Shown here piece after piece: positions 20,844 through 31,012 of a DNA stretch of 64,000 bases. Each line of letters starts with the position of its first letter. Position 1 is the first letter of the stretch. Position numbers and translations under genes: made by a program. The DNA is from Myxococcota bacterium (GTDB lineage: Bacteria > Myxococcota_A > SURF-8). Under the pieces are notes generated by a model that saw nothing but the letters and a program-made list of their open reading frames with translations, had not been told where the DNA came from and did not search any database. Location of the stretch: the NCBI GenBank assembly GCA_965140415.1, contig OZ223209.1:2048001-2112000 (forward strand), in the 5' to 3' direction.

Positions 20844-20883
20844 TTTACTAACCTCCAAGATAAAAAATCTTTAACAGTTCCGA

Positions 20884-23800
20884 TTAGTTGAGTCTCGAAC
20901 CGGTGCTTGTACCATAATCCAGTAGCTTGTGCAAGAGGTTTTTGGCGGTCTGGATGGGGTCTTCCATTTCGTGTGTCAAGAAGGTGTACACCAGGCGATT
21001 GTCTGGTGTGAATTGATAGGGACTTTTCGTTTTCATGACCAGTTCCACCACGGCGTCGGGGGAAACGCGTCCGTGCTGACCCAGTTGGATGGAGACGCGA
21101 TCGTTTGCCAGGTCCAAACCGGCGGCATTGAGTTTGCGCAGCAATACCTTCAATTCGATCAGACGAATCAACGTGCGGGCGGGTTTGGGTGCATGACCGA
21201 AACGATCGACCATTTCTTCTTCGAGCGTTTCCACGGTTTCCTGTTCCCGGCAGCCGGAAAGGCGCTTATATAATTGTAGGCGCTGCGTGGCGTCGGGCAC
21301 ATAGGAATCGGGCAGATAGGCGGGTTGGGCGCAGTTGATCTGCGGCTCGATTTCCGGGTGAACCTCCTTGCCGCGTAATTCCATAACGGCTTCTTCTATT
21401 AACTGCATATATAAGTCGATGCCGACCGTGGCGATGTGACCGGATTGCTGCTTGCCCAGAATATTTCCCGCACCGCGAATTTCCAAATCGTGCGAGGCGA
21501 TGCGGAAACCGCTACCCAGTTCGGTGAATCGAATCAGCGCGGCCAGCCGTTTCTGGGCGTCGCGTGTCAGATTGGAAGGGGAGGGGACCAGCAAATAGGC
21601 ATAGGCGCGTTCGCGTCCACGTCCCACCCGTCCGCGAAGCTGGTAGAGTTGGGCCAAACCGAATGTGTCGGCGCGGTTGACAATCATGGTGTTGACGGAG
21701 GGAATGTCGATGCCGGATTCGATGATGGTGGTTGTGACCAGCACGTTGCATTTGCGCTGCACGAATTCGAGCATGACCTTTTCCAACTGGCCTTCGCTCA
21801 TCTGCCCGTGTGCGATGCGGACCGTGGCGGTCGGCACCAGACGTTTGACCATCAAAGCCACGCTTTCAATCGATTGCACCCGGTTATGCACCAGATAAAC
21901 CTGGCCGCCGCGGGATAACTCGGTATTAATGGCGTCACGGATGACTTCCTCATCGAACTTGGAAACGAAGGTGCGTATCGAGAGCCGGTCCGCAGGCGGT
22001 GTTTGGATGACGGAGACATCGCGCACACCGGAAAACACCATGTTCAGCGTTCGGGGAATGGGAGTGGCGGTGAGCGTGAGAACGTCTACTTCCGTGCGGA
22101 ATTTCTTTAGTCGCTCCTTGTGAGCTACTCCGAAGCGTTGTTCTTCATCGATGATCAATAATCCAAGGTTCGGGAATTCGACATCTTTGCTCAATAGGCG
22201 ATGGGTACCCACGACGATATCCACTTTGCCTTGCTTGACACGCTTGATGATCTCGTTCTGCTCTTTCGTTGTACGAAAACGCGAAATGGTCTCGATTGTG
22301 ACCGGGTAGTTCTTGAAGCGCTCGATCATCGTTTCGCCGTGCTGCAAAGCCAGAACGGTCGTTGGAACCAGAATCGCAACCTGTTTGCGGTCCAGTACGG
22401 CTTTGAAGGCCGCCCGGATGGCCACTTCCGTTTTGCCGAAACCGACGTCGCCGCAAACCAGCCTGTCCATCGGTTTGGGTTTGGTCATGTCGCGCAGCAC
22501 ATCCTTGATGGCGCGCTCTTGGTCGGGTGTTTCTTCGAAAGGAAAGGTCGCTTCGAACTCGCGAAAGTAGTTGTCCGGAGCACTGAAGCTGAATCCGACG
22601 GCAACCTCGCGCTTGGCGTAGAGCTTAAGCAGTTCTTCCGCCATTTCCCGGATCGAGGCTTTCACCTTCGTCTTCATGCGCTCCCAGCGCGTGCCGCCCA
22701 TGCGATCCAGTTGCGGTACTTTGCCATCGGCTCCGGAGAATTTCTGGATTTTGTCTAGTTTCGTGACCGGCAAGTACAGTTTGTCGCCGCCCAGGTATTC
22801 GATGAACAGGTAATCGTTACCGATGCCGCCCGCAGTCAGGTGCTCCAGCCCGCGATAGACGCCGATGCCGTACTCGATGTGAACGATGAAGTCGCCTTCC
22901 GAGATTTCATCCAGAGAGGTCAGGAATGCGTCTTTATCGAAGTCCAGCGTTTTAACACGCTTTCTTCGTTTGCGTTCCCCAAAGATTTCCTCTTCCGAAA
23001 TAAGAACCAGTTTCGATCCAGGCCAGACCTGCCCGGTTTTCAGCGTTCCGACCACGATGTGAAACTGATCGGGGCGATAATCTCCCGTTTTCGCCCACAA
23101 TGCCGGGAAACTGCCCGGCCAGAAAGCTGCTTTTAGACCGTACGGTTCGAACATTTCCGTAAGTCGCTCCGCTCGTGTGGAGGAGCCTGCGACCAGGGTG
23201 ACGAAATAGCCGGTTGCGATCCAGTCGCGCATCTGCTTGATCAGCGGTTCCAGAATCTCCACCCGTCCGCGTCGCTGCAACAACTCCTGCTTAAGGGGCT
23301 CGTGGTCGTCCCAGCGAAACTTGAAAGCGGTATCGGGTTGACTGTCTCCGACGCGCAGATGGTGAGAGCGAATTTGATGGCTGTGCTGGAAGCGCTGTTC
23401 GATTTCATGCCCGGTCTGGATGTAGTTCTCGACCGGCAGTGTCAGATCTTCATCGTGCTTACGTTCTTCCTGCTGAACCAGCAGGCGTTCCAGGCGATTG
23501 TCGAACAGTCGTTGCAGACCGCCAGGATTGTCCAGCAGAATACGGGTGTTGGACGACAGATAAGCGAACAGCGGTGCCAGTTCTTCGTAGAATAGCGGGA
23601 GAAACGGGTCCAATTCCGAATCGTACAGCCCTTCATCGAGATTTTGCAGCATCGTCTGCATGTGACGGTCGAACAGGCCGTGCTCGCGAGCCAGTGACGT
23701 CAACTGATTCCGGCCACGTTCGCAGATTTCCGGGGTCAGCACCAGTTCGCGTACCGGGATCAGGTAGGCTTCTTCCAGTTCCGCGACGGATTTCTGGTTG

Positions 23801-24462
23801 CCGGGATTGAACAGCCGGATCGATTCCAGCGTGTCGCCGAAAAATTCCATGCGCAGCGGCCAGCGGTACAGCGGGGAAAAGGCGTCGATAATTCCCCCGC
23901 GCTTGGAGAAGCCACCAGCATCTTCCACGATAGGCGTGGAGATGTACCCACCCTGAACCAGCCTTCTCAGCACTTCGTCGCGATCGATATCCGCCCCGGC
24001 AAGCAGGTATTCGGTTTGGTTCAACAAGGTGCGTTTGGGGATATAGCGCCTCATCAAACCCCATGCGGTAGTGATGGTGATTGCGGGTCGAAACGGCTGC
24101 GACAAGCTGTAAAGCGTTGCCAGGGTGTCCATTTCACGCTGGCGTGAGGGAAGCAGCCTGCGGGTTTGATAAGGAGAAAGTTCTTCCGGTAGCAATGGAG
24201 CTACACGACGTTCACCCAGAAAATGGACATCTTCTTCATCTTTGCCAAGGAAAAACTGTAGATCCCGGACCAGTTCGTGGGCATCGTCTTCTTCAAGCAT
24301 CACGACAAGCAGTGGTTGTCTGCTCTGCTTGATCAAATCCGCCACGAACGCCGCGCGCGCCGGTCCGCTGACGCCCTCCAGATCGACGCTTTCCTTCTGT
24401 ACTCGCTTCAATACATCATCGGCGAGCGTAGAGAGCAGGGGATGGAATTTTTCGGTACTCAT
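20884..24462 (-). CDS. mfd: Transcription-repair coupling factor
   Basis: UvrB-like N-terminus, VHIEYGIG, CGDVGFGKTEVA, DEEQRFGV, QLRGRVGR and TRCF domain. Confidence 0.99.
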   Translation of the reverse strand: MSTEKFHPLLSTLADDVLKRVQKESVDLEGVSGPARAAFVADLIKQSRQPLLVVMLEEDDAHELVRDLQFFLGKDEEDVHFLGERRVAPLLPEELSPYQTRRLLPSRQREMDTLATLYSLSQPFRPAITITTAWGLMRRYIPKRTLLNQTEYLLAGADIDRDEVLRRLVQGGYISTPIVEDAGGFSKRGGIIDAFSPLYRWPLRMEFFGDTLESIRLFNPGNQKSVAELEEAYLIPVRELVLTPEICERGRNQLTSLAREHGLFDRHMQTMLQNLDEGLYDSELDPFLPLFYEELAPLFAYLSSNTRILLDNPGGLQRLFDNRLERLLVQQEERKHDEDLTLPVENYIQTGHEIEQRFQHSHQIRSHHLRVGDSQPDTAFKFRWDDHEPLKQELLQRRGRVEILEPLIKQMRDWIATGYFVTLVAGSSTRAERLTEMFEPYGLKAAFWPGSFPALWAKTGDYRPDQFHIVVGTLKTGQVWPGSKLVLISEEEIFGERKRRKRVKTLDFDKDAFLTSLDEISEGDFIVHIEYGIGVYRGLEHLTAGGIGNDYLFIEYLGGDKLYLPVTKLDKIQKFSGADGKVPQLDRMGGTRWERMKTKVKASIREMAEELLKLYAKREVAVGFSFSAPDNYFREFEATFPFEETPDQERAIKDVLRDMTKPKPMDRLVCGDVGFGKTEVAIRAAFKAVLDRKQVAILVPTTVLALQHGETMIERFKNYPVTIETISRFRTTKEQNEIIKRVKQGKVDIVVGTHRLLSKDVEFPNLGLLIIDEEQRFGVAHKERLKKFRTEVDVLTLTATPIPRTLNMVFSGVRDVSVIQTPPADRLSIRTFVSKFDEEVIRDAINTELSRGGQVYLVHNRVQSIESVALMVKRLVPTATVRIAHGQMSEGQLEKVMLEFVQRKCNVLVTTTIIESGIDIPSVNTMIVNRADTFGLAQLYQLRGRVGRGRERAYAYLLVPSPSNLTRDAQKRLAALIRFTELGSGFRIASHDLEIRGAGNILGKQQSGHIATVGIDLYMQLIEEAVMELRGKEVHPEIEPQINCAQPAYLPDSYVPDATQRLQLYKRLSGCREQETVETLEEEMVDRFGHAPKPARTLIRLIELKVLLRKLNAAGLDLANDRVSIQLGQHGRVSPDAVVELVMKTKSPYQFTPDNRLVYTFLTHEMEDPIQTAKNLLHKLLDYGTSTGSRLN

Positions 24463-24523
24463 GGCAACTTCAGAAACCAACCGGGTTACGTGTACCTGCC
24501 GTAGGTTGGCGGGGCAGGTTACA

Positions 24524-25579
24524 TCAGGATCTGGGCATCACTCCCAAAGCCAGCCGCACTTTCTCCATTGTTTGCTGTGCGATCTCGGAAGCTTTTTGCG
24601 CTCCGGCGTTCAGGATGTCGCGTATGTCATCTGGATGCTTGGCCAACTCGGCGCGTTTTTCACGAATCGGCATGATGACGGCATTGATGTGATCCGCCAC
24701 TTTGCGTTTGCATTCGAAGCAGCCGATTCCTGCTGTGCGGCAACCTTCCGCCGCCCACTGCTGTTCTTCTTCGCTGGAAAAGATTTTATGCCATGCATAG
24801 AGGTTACATTCTTCGGGAACGCCCGGGTCTTTGCGACGTTGCCGGCGCTGGTCGCTAACGGACTGGCGTGTGACCAGTTCGATGACCTGTTCTTCTGTCG
24901 CGGTCAATGGGATGTGATTTCCCAGGCTTTTGGACATTTTGTTTTCGGCGTCCAGGCCCATCAGACGGGAGGCGTTGGAGAGCAGCGGGGCGCACTCGGG
25001 GAAGACCTGCCCATAGCGATTATTGAAGCGCCGGGCGATATCGCGCGTCAGTTCGACGTGCTGGATCTGGTCCTCTCCCACCGGTACGACTTCTCCCAGG
25101 TAGAGCATGATATCCGCCGCCTGCAAGACCGGATAGGTAAACAATCCGGCATTGACGCGCCCTGCCTTGGCCAGGAAGCTGCCCCGGTCTTCTTCGTCCA
25201 GGTAGTCTTCATTATCTTCGGCTTCATCGGCGAATTGTGCGGTTTTCGCCTTGAACTGCGTCATGCGCATCAACTGACCCAGCGGCGTGACCGAGTTCAG
25301 GATCCAGGCCAGTTCGGTATGTTCGCGCACGTGCGATTGCACGAAGATCGTACATCGTTCCGGGTCCAATCCACCGGCGATATAGTCCATGGCCGCATTG
25401 ACGGTGCGGTCGGACATGACGGCGATATCGTAAGGAATGGTGATGGCGTGATAATCCACGATGCAGAAGATGCAATCGTAATCGTTGATCAGATTGACCC
25501 AGTTTCTGAGGGCACCCATATAATTACCAAGGTGAAGTTCGCCGGTTGGCTGCATGCCCGAAAATAAACGCTTTTTCAT
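24524..25579 (-). CDS. trpS: Tryptophan--tRNA ligase
   Basis: SGMQPTGELHLGNY, YPVLQAADI, VPVGEDQ and KMSKS. Confidence 0.98.
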   Translation of the reverse strand: MKKRLFSGMQPTGELHLGNYMGALRNWVNLINDYDCIFCIVDYHAITIPYDIAVMSDRTVNAAMDYIAGGLDPERCTIFVQSHVREHTELAWILNSVTPLGQLMRMTQFKAKTAQFADEAEDNEDYLDEEDRGSFLAKAGRVNAGLFTYPVLQAADIMLYLGEVVPVGEDQIQHVELTRDIARRFNNRYGQVFPECAPLLSNASRLMGLDAENKMSKSLGNHIPLTATEEQVIELVTRQSVSDQRRQRRKDPGVPEECNLYAWHKIFSSEEEQQWAAEGCRTAGIGCFECKRKVADHINAVIMPIREKRAELAKHPDDIRDILNAGAQKASEIAQQTMEKVRLALGVMPRS

Positions 25580-25588
25580 GTGCGCCTC

Positions 25589-26056
25589 TTACTTGATCGA
25601 ATTAAAAAGTTCCGGCTGCGTCTGGCGCAGCGCCTCAAACAATACAATGGAGACGGCATTTGACAGGTTGTAACTCCTGATCTGGCCGACAATGGGTATC
25701 CCTATCACCTGCTCACCCGCTTTGGCAAGAAGTTCTTTATCCAGCCCGCGAGTTTCGCGCCCGAACACAAGGACATCGTCCGGGTGGTATTTGACGGACG
25801 AGTAGTAGCGGTCTGAGGTTTTGGTTGCATACCACATGCGGGAGCTTCCATTGGTTTCCAGAAAAGCCTGCCAAGAAGGATGTACCGTCAGGTCCACATG
25901 AGGCCAGTAGTCCAGTCCTGCGCGCTTCAAATAACGGTCTTCCAGCGAGAAACCAAGCGGTTCGACAAGGTGAAGAGGAATCTTCATGCCCGCGCACAGT
26001 CGCGCGATAGACCCTGTATTCGGAGGAATTTCCGGTTCTACAAGTACAACTTTCAC
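25589..26056 (-). CDS. trmL: tRNA (cytidine/uridine(34)-2'-O)-methyltransferase
   Basis: PEIPPNTG, KRAGLDYW, FGRETRGL and RSYNLSNAV. Confidence 0.95.
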   Translation of the reverse strand: MKVVLVEPEIPPNTGSIARLCAGMKIPLHLVEPLGFSLEDRYLKRAGLDYWPHVDLTVHPSWQAFLETNGSSRMWYATKTSDRYYSSVKYHPDDVLVFGRETRGLDKELLAKAGEQVIGIPIVGQIRSYNLSNAVSIVLFEALRQTQPELFNSIK

Positions 26057-26067
26057 GTGATGTCTCC

Positions 26068-27063
26068 TTATTTCAAGCCGGGTTGCCAGAGATAATAAAA
26101 GCCGGTGCGTGGGGAAAGTACGGACATATCCGCTCCTACACCCAGTTCCATCAGGGAGCGTGGGGCAGGTGACTGTGTGGTGGAGCGGTAGAAATTGTCG
26201 TTGCTTACATAATTGTGACGGTAAACCACCACGCGGGCATTGTCGGGTAAATTTGCCAGTTCCTTCGCCTTGGCAATGGCGTCGTTGGCATAGCCGATCG
26301 AATCGATCAGTTTGAGTTGCAATGCCTGCCCGGCAGTATAGATTCGGCCATCGGCAAGTTCGCGCACCTGCTCTTTCGTCAGTTCTTCGCGTTCATCGGC
26401 AACGACAGAAATGAAGCGGTCGTAGAGTTCATCGATCATGCTTTGGAAAATGGCCCGCTCCTGCTCGCTCATGTTTCGGAAATAGGAACCCATGTCCTTG
26501 AACGATCCTGATTTGATTGTATGTGCCCGAACGCCGATTTTCTGCGACAGTCCCTCAAACTCGATGGTTTGAAAAACCACTCCGATGGAACCCGTAATGC
26601 TCGTCGGATGCGCCATGATGTGATCGGCGGCAACGGCAATGTAATATCCGCCACTGGCAGCGACGTCCATGATCAGGGCGACAACCGGAACACCGGTATC
26701 TTGTTTGTAGCGTTGAATTTCCCGGTAGAGGATATCGCTGGCTGTGGCAGTGCCTCCTCCGCTGTCGATACTGAGTAACAATGCTTTGATGTCGGGATCG
26801 CGGCGTGCTTTTTGCAAAACTGCGGTCAGTTCTTCCAGCATGGAAGGTGTACTTGAAAGCAAGCCTCGTTTAGGGCGCGTGTCGATCGTCCCATTGACGG
26901 TAGCCAGTAATATTTTTTGATCTGTCGTACCCTGTAGCGTCGTTTCTCCAAACTCGCTGTAGTGGTCCGGAAAGAGGCTGATTCGTGGCGAACATCCGGG
27001 TAGAGAGGCCAATAGCAACAGTAGCAGAGCGGTTGCAAATGGAATTGAAAGACTGGTTTTCAT
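26068..27063 (-). CDS. sppA: Signal peptide peptidase SppA (S49 family), lipoprotein
   Basis: IDSGGG, AASGGYY, TGSIGV and ADGRIYTA. Lipobox LPGC. Confidence 0.93.
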   Translation of the reverse strand: MKTSLSIPFATALLLLLLASLPGCSPRISLFPDHYSEFGETTLQGTTDQKILLATVNGTIDTRPKRGLLSSTPSMLEELTAVLQKARRDPDIKALLLSIDSGGGTATASDILYREIQRYKQDTGVPVVALIMDVAASGGYYIAVAADHIMAHPTSITGSIGVVFQTIEFEGLSQKIGVRAHTIKSGSFKDMGSYFRNMSEQERAIFQSMIDELYDRFISVVADEREELTKEQVRELADGRIYTAGQALQLKLIDSIGYANDAIAKAKELANLPDNARVVVYRHNYVSNDNFYRSTTQSPAPRSLMELGVGADMSVLSPRTGFYYLWQPGLK

Positions 27064-27294
27064 GTTCTGCTCTCCTTGTTTAGACCTATGAAAACATCAA
27101 AAAGGGCTGCATTCTACGGCGGTGCTCGGTACATGTCAATTGAAAGCAACAGTGGAGGAAATTCTTTTGAATATACTCTAAGTTTTGGAAAAAACTTGGG
27201 AATTAGGTTCGTTTTGGGCCTGTATTCATGGGGGGGATCTGGAGCCTGTTCCCGCAGAGCCGCATATTTTCAAGCAGAGATCGTTTTTTTTTGC

Positions 27295-27323
27295 TTGACT
27301 CTTCCTTATAAGGTGACTATAAA
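27295..27323 (+). promoter_or_regulatory. sigma70-like promoter of the HU gene
   Basis: TTGACT-17 bp-TATAAA. Confidence 0.7.
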
Positions 27324-27378
27324 TATAGTGAAATTATTCCGGCAAGTGTTTTATCAACGTCCCAGAGGGAGAGGAAAA

Positions 27379-27858
27379 ATGGCAGAGAAAAAAGCCAAGA
27401 AGGCACCGGCGAAAAAAGCTCCGGCCAAGAAAGCAGCTGCGAAGAAAGCCCCGGCCAAGAAAGCTCCGGCCAAGAAAGCTGTAGCGAAGAAAGCCCCGGC
27501 GAAGAAAGCTCCGGCCAAGAAGGCTCCGGCCAAGAAAGCCCCGGTCAAGAAGGCCCCCAAGGCGTTCAAAGCTAAGGCCGTCTCCACAAAGGCTGCTTTG
27601 CTTGAACAGCTCAAAGACAGTGTCGGTGCTGAACTGTCTGCAAAGGCGACTGCGGAAATCGTTGAGAACCTGTTCTCGATCATCTCGCTTTCCATCAAGA
27701 AGAATGCTCGTTTCACGATTCCGGGTTTCGGAACGTTCAACGTCAAAAAACGGAAAGCTCGCACGGGCCGCAATCCTCGCACTGGCGACAAGATCAAGAT
27801 CAAAGCCAGCAAGACCGTCGGCTTCAAGCCCACCCCGAAATTCAAGGACATGCTGTAA
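27379..27858 (+). CDS. hup: HU-family nucleoid protein with N-terminal histone H1-like AKKAP repeats
   Basis: IPGFGTF...[12 protein letters not shown]...[10 protein letters not shown] core. ATG follows RBS GAGG. Confidence 0.93.
   Translation: MAEKKAKKAPAKKAPAKKAAAKKAPAKKAPAKKAVAKKAPAKKAPAKKAPAKKAPVKKAPKAFKAKAVSTKAALLEQLKDSVGAELSAKATAEIVENLFSIISLSIKKNARFTIPGFGTFNVKKRKARTGRNPRTGDKIKIKASKTVGFKPTPKFKDML
27394..27558 (+). repeat. 11 imperfect 15-bp tandem repeats encoding AKKAP
   Basis: Units such as gccaagaaagctccg, counted from the translation. Confidence 0.9.
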
Positions 27859-27889
27859 GCATCAGGGCTTAGCGATCGTATGTGTAAAG

Positions 27890-27914
27890 AGGCTCCGGGT
27901 TCCGGAGCCTTTTT
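27890..27914 (+). terminator. Intrinsic terminator after HU
   Basis: AGGCTCCGG-gtt-CCGGAGCCT followed by a T run. Confidence 0.8.
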
Positions 27915-27983
27915 ATATTAATGACGTTTCATAATATCCTGTTGCTATGGAACAGGAACTCTTGCTTTGACGAAATCTGCCGA

Positions 27984-29027
27984 TCAGGCCAGTTGAATCG
28001 CCTGATTTCCCGGTGGGTGAACTTCTCCGATAATACGAGCGTTCGTGAGCCCATTGTTTTGTAAAGCTGTAAGAAGATCGCTGGCGATTCCTGAAGGCGC
28101 AGACATCAGCAACCCCCCGGAGGTTTGCGGGTCCAGCGCCAGCCACTTGCGGTTGGCGGTGAGAGAGGGCAGGAAGGCGACCCTCTCGCGGACGAAATCG
28201 AGGTTTCGCATGCAGCCGCCGGGGATTACTCCCTGATCGATCAGATCCAGCGCGCCAGGTAAAACAGGGAGATCGCGGGATTCAATTCGGAAACTGACCC
28301 CGCTGGCATTGGCGAAGCGATAAGCATGACCCAATAATCCGAAGCCGGTAACGTCGGTAGCTCCTTTGATGTCGAATTCGTTCATCCGTTCCGCTCCCGA
28401 GCGATTGAGCAGGCACATGGATTCCACTGCCGGACGGACTTCCTCTTCCGTAATCAGATCGACTTTCCTCGCTCCGGTTAAAATAGAGGTGCCTAGCGGT
28501 TTCGTCAGAATGAGTTTGTCACCGGGGTTTGCGCCACTATTGGTAACAAGCCTGTCAGGGTCGACAAGGCCGCTTACCGCCAATCCGAATTTGATCGGGT
28601 GATCGTCGATGGTGTGTCCGCCTAAGATATAAGCATCCGATTCCGCAACCTTGTCTGCCGCTCCTTTGAGCATGGAAACCAGTACATCCGACGGGAAATG
28701 CTGCGACGGAAACATGACCAGCGACAGGGCGCAGATGGGACGGCCTCCCATCGCATAGACATCCGAAAGGGCATTGGCTGCCGCAACCTGTCCGAAGTCA
28801 TAGGGATAATCCACCATCGGCGGAAAGAAGTCGGTTGTTTGCACGAGATATTCACCGCTGGGAAGTCGCAGGATGCCGGCGTCGTCGTGCGTACTTGCTC
28901 CCACAATGATATTCGGATGGCTGGGCAGGGGTACTTCGCGCAGGATCTCTTCCAACGCTTTAGGACTCAACTTGGCGGAGCAGCCACCGGCTTCCACGGT
29001 TTGAGCAAGTCGAATTACATCGTTCAT
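27984..29027 (-). CDS. selD: Selenide, water dikinase (Cys form)
   Basis: GGCSAK, DDAG, QTTDFFPP, AANALSDVYAMGG, GGHTI, TDVTGFGLLGH and DPQTSGGLL. Confidence 0.97.
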   Translation of the reverse strand: MNDVIRLAQTVEAGGCSAKLSPKALEEILREVPLPSHPNIIVGASTHDDAGILRLPSGEYLVQTTDFFPPMVDYPYDFGQVAAANALSDVYAMGGRPICALSLVMFPSQHFPSDVLVSMLKGAADKVAESDAYILGGHTIDDHPIKFGLAVSGLVDPDRLVTNSGANPGDKLILTKPLGTSILTGARKVDLITEEEVRPAVESMCLLNRSGAERMNEFDIKGATDVTGFGLLGHAYRFANASGVSFRIESRDLPVLPGALDLIDQGVIPGGCMRNLDFVRERVAFLPSLTANRKWLALDPQTSGGLLMSAPSGIASDLLTALQNNGLTNARIIGEVHPPGNQAIQLA

Positions 29028-29064
29028 CGTTTCTGCCTCGATAAAAGCTACGATTTGAAAACAG

Positions 29065-29667
29065 CTACGGTTTAATGACCTTGCCTGCCTGGCTCAGGAT
29101 AGACAGAATATCGTACATGTTGGAAACTTTACCGCAGGCGCGTTCATCCATAAGGTTGTAGTAGTCCAGGCAGGTGCCGCAAACGATCACGGAAATTCCC
29201 TGTTGCTCCAACTCTGCCACCGCTTCGGCGGTTTTCGTACCTTTCTTCAAAAGCTGTACGCCGCGATGCATGAAAAGCAGGTGAGACGGGCGCGGGGTGA
29301 CGTCTTTGATCGTTTGCAGAAAGGTTTGCATCAATGCTTTACCGAAATCCTCTTCGCCGTCAACGCCGACGCGATTGGTGGAAACGTAAATGACGTGGGG
29401 AGCCGTGGTGCTGCAATAGCTTTCCGCCTGACCCGATTCCGCCTGGACGCCTTTGGTGATGGTCAGTGTCGTTACCGACCCCTCTTTTTCAAGTTTCACC
29501 TGGCCGCCCGATTCCTGCACGAAGGTCTCTACATTCTTGGCCGAGGTGTCATTATCGACCAGCACTTGCATCTGATCACCTTCTGCAAGTGGATCGAAAA
29601 CTTTCTTGGTCATGACCAACGGCACTGGACAGGTTTTTCCTTTTGCATCGACGATCGGTTTGGACAT
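29065..29667 (-). CDS. yedF: Selenium-metabolism sulfurtransferase-like protein YedF (TusA plus DsrE domains)
   Basis: DAKGKTCPVP, CGTCLDYY and VSNMYDI. Adjacent to selD. Confidence 0.88.
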   Translation of the reverse strand: MSKPIVDAKGKTCPVPLVMTKKVFDPLAEGDQMQVLVDNDTSAKNVETFVQESGGQVKLEKEGSVTTLTITKGVQAESGQAESYCSTTAPHVIYVSTNRVGVDGEEDFGKALMQTFLQTIKDVTPRPSHLLFMHRGVQLLKKGTKTAEAVAELEQQGISVIVCGTCLDYYNLMDERACGKVSNMYDILSILSQAGKVIKP

Positions 29668-29703
29668 GGAGTACTTCCTTTCTAGGATTGACCTAAATAT
29701 GTT

Positions 29704-30135
29704 TTATTTTGATTGGTGCAGCAATTCCTGAGGCGGTTGATTGGGGACTTCGCCAAGAAAAATATTGGTGGCTGTGGCTATGGCGATGACTTCGCCTGTT
29801 TTCTCTCGAACGAGCCTGGTTTCAATCACGGCCTGGGTTTTACCGTATTTCACGACGTTTGCCGTACCCAGCAGAACATCTCCCGCCTTTGCGGGGCTGA
29901 GATAGTGGGTGGACATTTGCAGTGTGGTGGTCTGGCGATCCGGCACGGCGGAAACGACCGCCGGTCCGATGCAGTTGTCCAGCATTCCTGCTAAAAGGCC
30001 GCCCTGGATCAGGCCATAAGGGTTTTCCATTTGAGAATCGGGAGAAAATCGCACAACGGCACGACCGTCTGTTGCCTCGATCAGTTCCGCATGAAGAAAT
30101 TCAAAGCAGGGAGGCGGAAAAGTAGGAATTCGCAT
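29704..30135 (-). CDS. PaaI-family hotdog thioesterase
   Basis: NPYGLIQGGLLAGMLD motif. Confidence 0.88.
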   Translation of the reverse strand: MRIPTFPPPCFEFLHAELIEATDGRAVVRFSPDSQMENPYGLIQGGLLAGMLDNCIGPAVVSAVPDRQTTTLQMSTHYLSPAKAGDVLLGTANVVKYGKTQAVIETRLVREKTGEVIAIATATNIFLGEVPNQPPQELLHQSK

Positions 30136-30406
30136 GAGATGTCGATCCTTTCGATACTTGAATCAGGATGCACGCAAGAAGAATGAAGCTTATCGTAGTA
30201 AATTTCCGTCGTTTGTCAACTAAGTCTATCGATCTCATCAAACAATGATTGTGCTCGCTTTAGTGAACGGCAGGATTGGTTACAGTGAACGAAGAGTGAA
30301 AAATCGGACAAAGAAAAGTGTTTATAATTTTCAAAAAATTGATAAACTCCTCTGAATTGTGAAGGAGACTTTTTTACTACAACAACTAGGATCGCATTAC
30401 AGTACG

Positions 30407-30874
30407 ATGAAACAATGGCCTTCAATCATAGTCGATGTCCTCTACCTGTTTTGTGGAGCCTTGTGTTTTGCTGGCTTGGCCGCCCTTTATCTGATTCACC
30501 TGGATGTCTCCTGGTATAGTGTCGACCTTTACCTTTTTCCCGCGCTGATCGGGGTCATTATTGGAGGATTGTTTCGCATTGCAAGCATTCGACAAGCCCA
30601 TGAAGTGCAACTCCAGGCCAGCACGGATTTCAGCAGCAGGGATGTATTGACCTTGTGTGCGTCCTGCAAGAAAATCCGAATCGACCACGAGCATCCGTTA
30701 GACCCGAATTCCTGGCGTTCAATCGAATGGTATCTTTCCTACCTTACCGATCTGCCTTCCAGTCACGGGATCTGTCCCACCTGCGCGGATCGTCTTCTAG
30801 ATGAAATCGAACATGATCGAAGAACCGAACGTACTGAAACCAGTATCCGTCCGGGTGAAGGCAGTACGCACTGA
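30407..30874 (+). CDS. Two-TM membrane protein with C-terminal putative zinc-binding domain
   Basis: Two hydrophobic helices, then CASCKKIR...W..IEWYL...SHGICPTC. Confidence 0.7.
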   Translation: MKQWPSIIVDVLYLFCGALCFAGLAALYLIHLDVSWYSVDLYLFPALIGVIIGGLFRIASIRQAHEVQLQASTDFSSRDVLTLCASCKKIRIDHEHPLDPNSWRSIEWYLSYLTDLPSSHGICPTCADRLLDEIEHDRRTERTETSIRPGEGSTH

Positions 30875-30993
30875 CCTGAAGTACATAAGCAATCCAATTC
30901 GCTGCTTCCATATCCTCGTTTCCGGGTGTCTTCGTCTGCGTCTACCTATAAACTGAATGTGTGCTTTACTAGCTGTCGGGGAAGGTGCTAAAC

Positions 30994-31012
30994 TGTGTAG
31001 GTAAACTACACA
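30994..31012. promoter_or_regulatory. Inverted repeat TGTGTAG-N5-CTACACA, candidate operator
   Basis: Perfect 7-bp arms about 90 bp upstream of the TIGR02147 gene. Confidence 0.45.

Noticed and set aside
17719-20858. Three tandem PPIases as a novel system
   Set aside because: The mfd-PPIases-surA-pdxA order is a familiar deltaproteobacterial arrangement.
24242-25567. Long antisense ORFs (441 aa opposite trpS; similar ones opposite fadH, amt and the HD-GYP gene)
   Set aside because: These are shadow frames of GC-biased genes with no recognisable motifs.
27076-27378. 101-codon in-frame upstream extension of HU in the ORF track
   Set aside because: It spans the promoter region. The RBS and promoter point to the ATG at 27379.
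27394-27558. Tandem repeats as a CRISPR array
   Set aside because: They are coding 15-bp units with no spacers, and no cas genes are present.
27984-29027. Selenocysteine recoding in selD or neighbouring genes
   Set aside because: SelD has Cys (GGCSAK), and I saw no in-frame TGA interrupting a recognisable gene.
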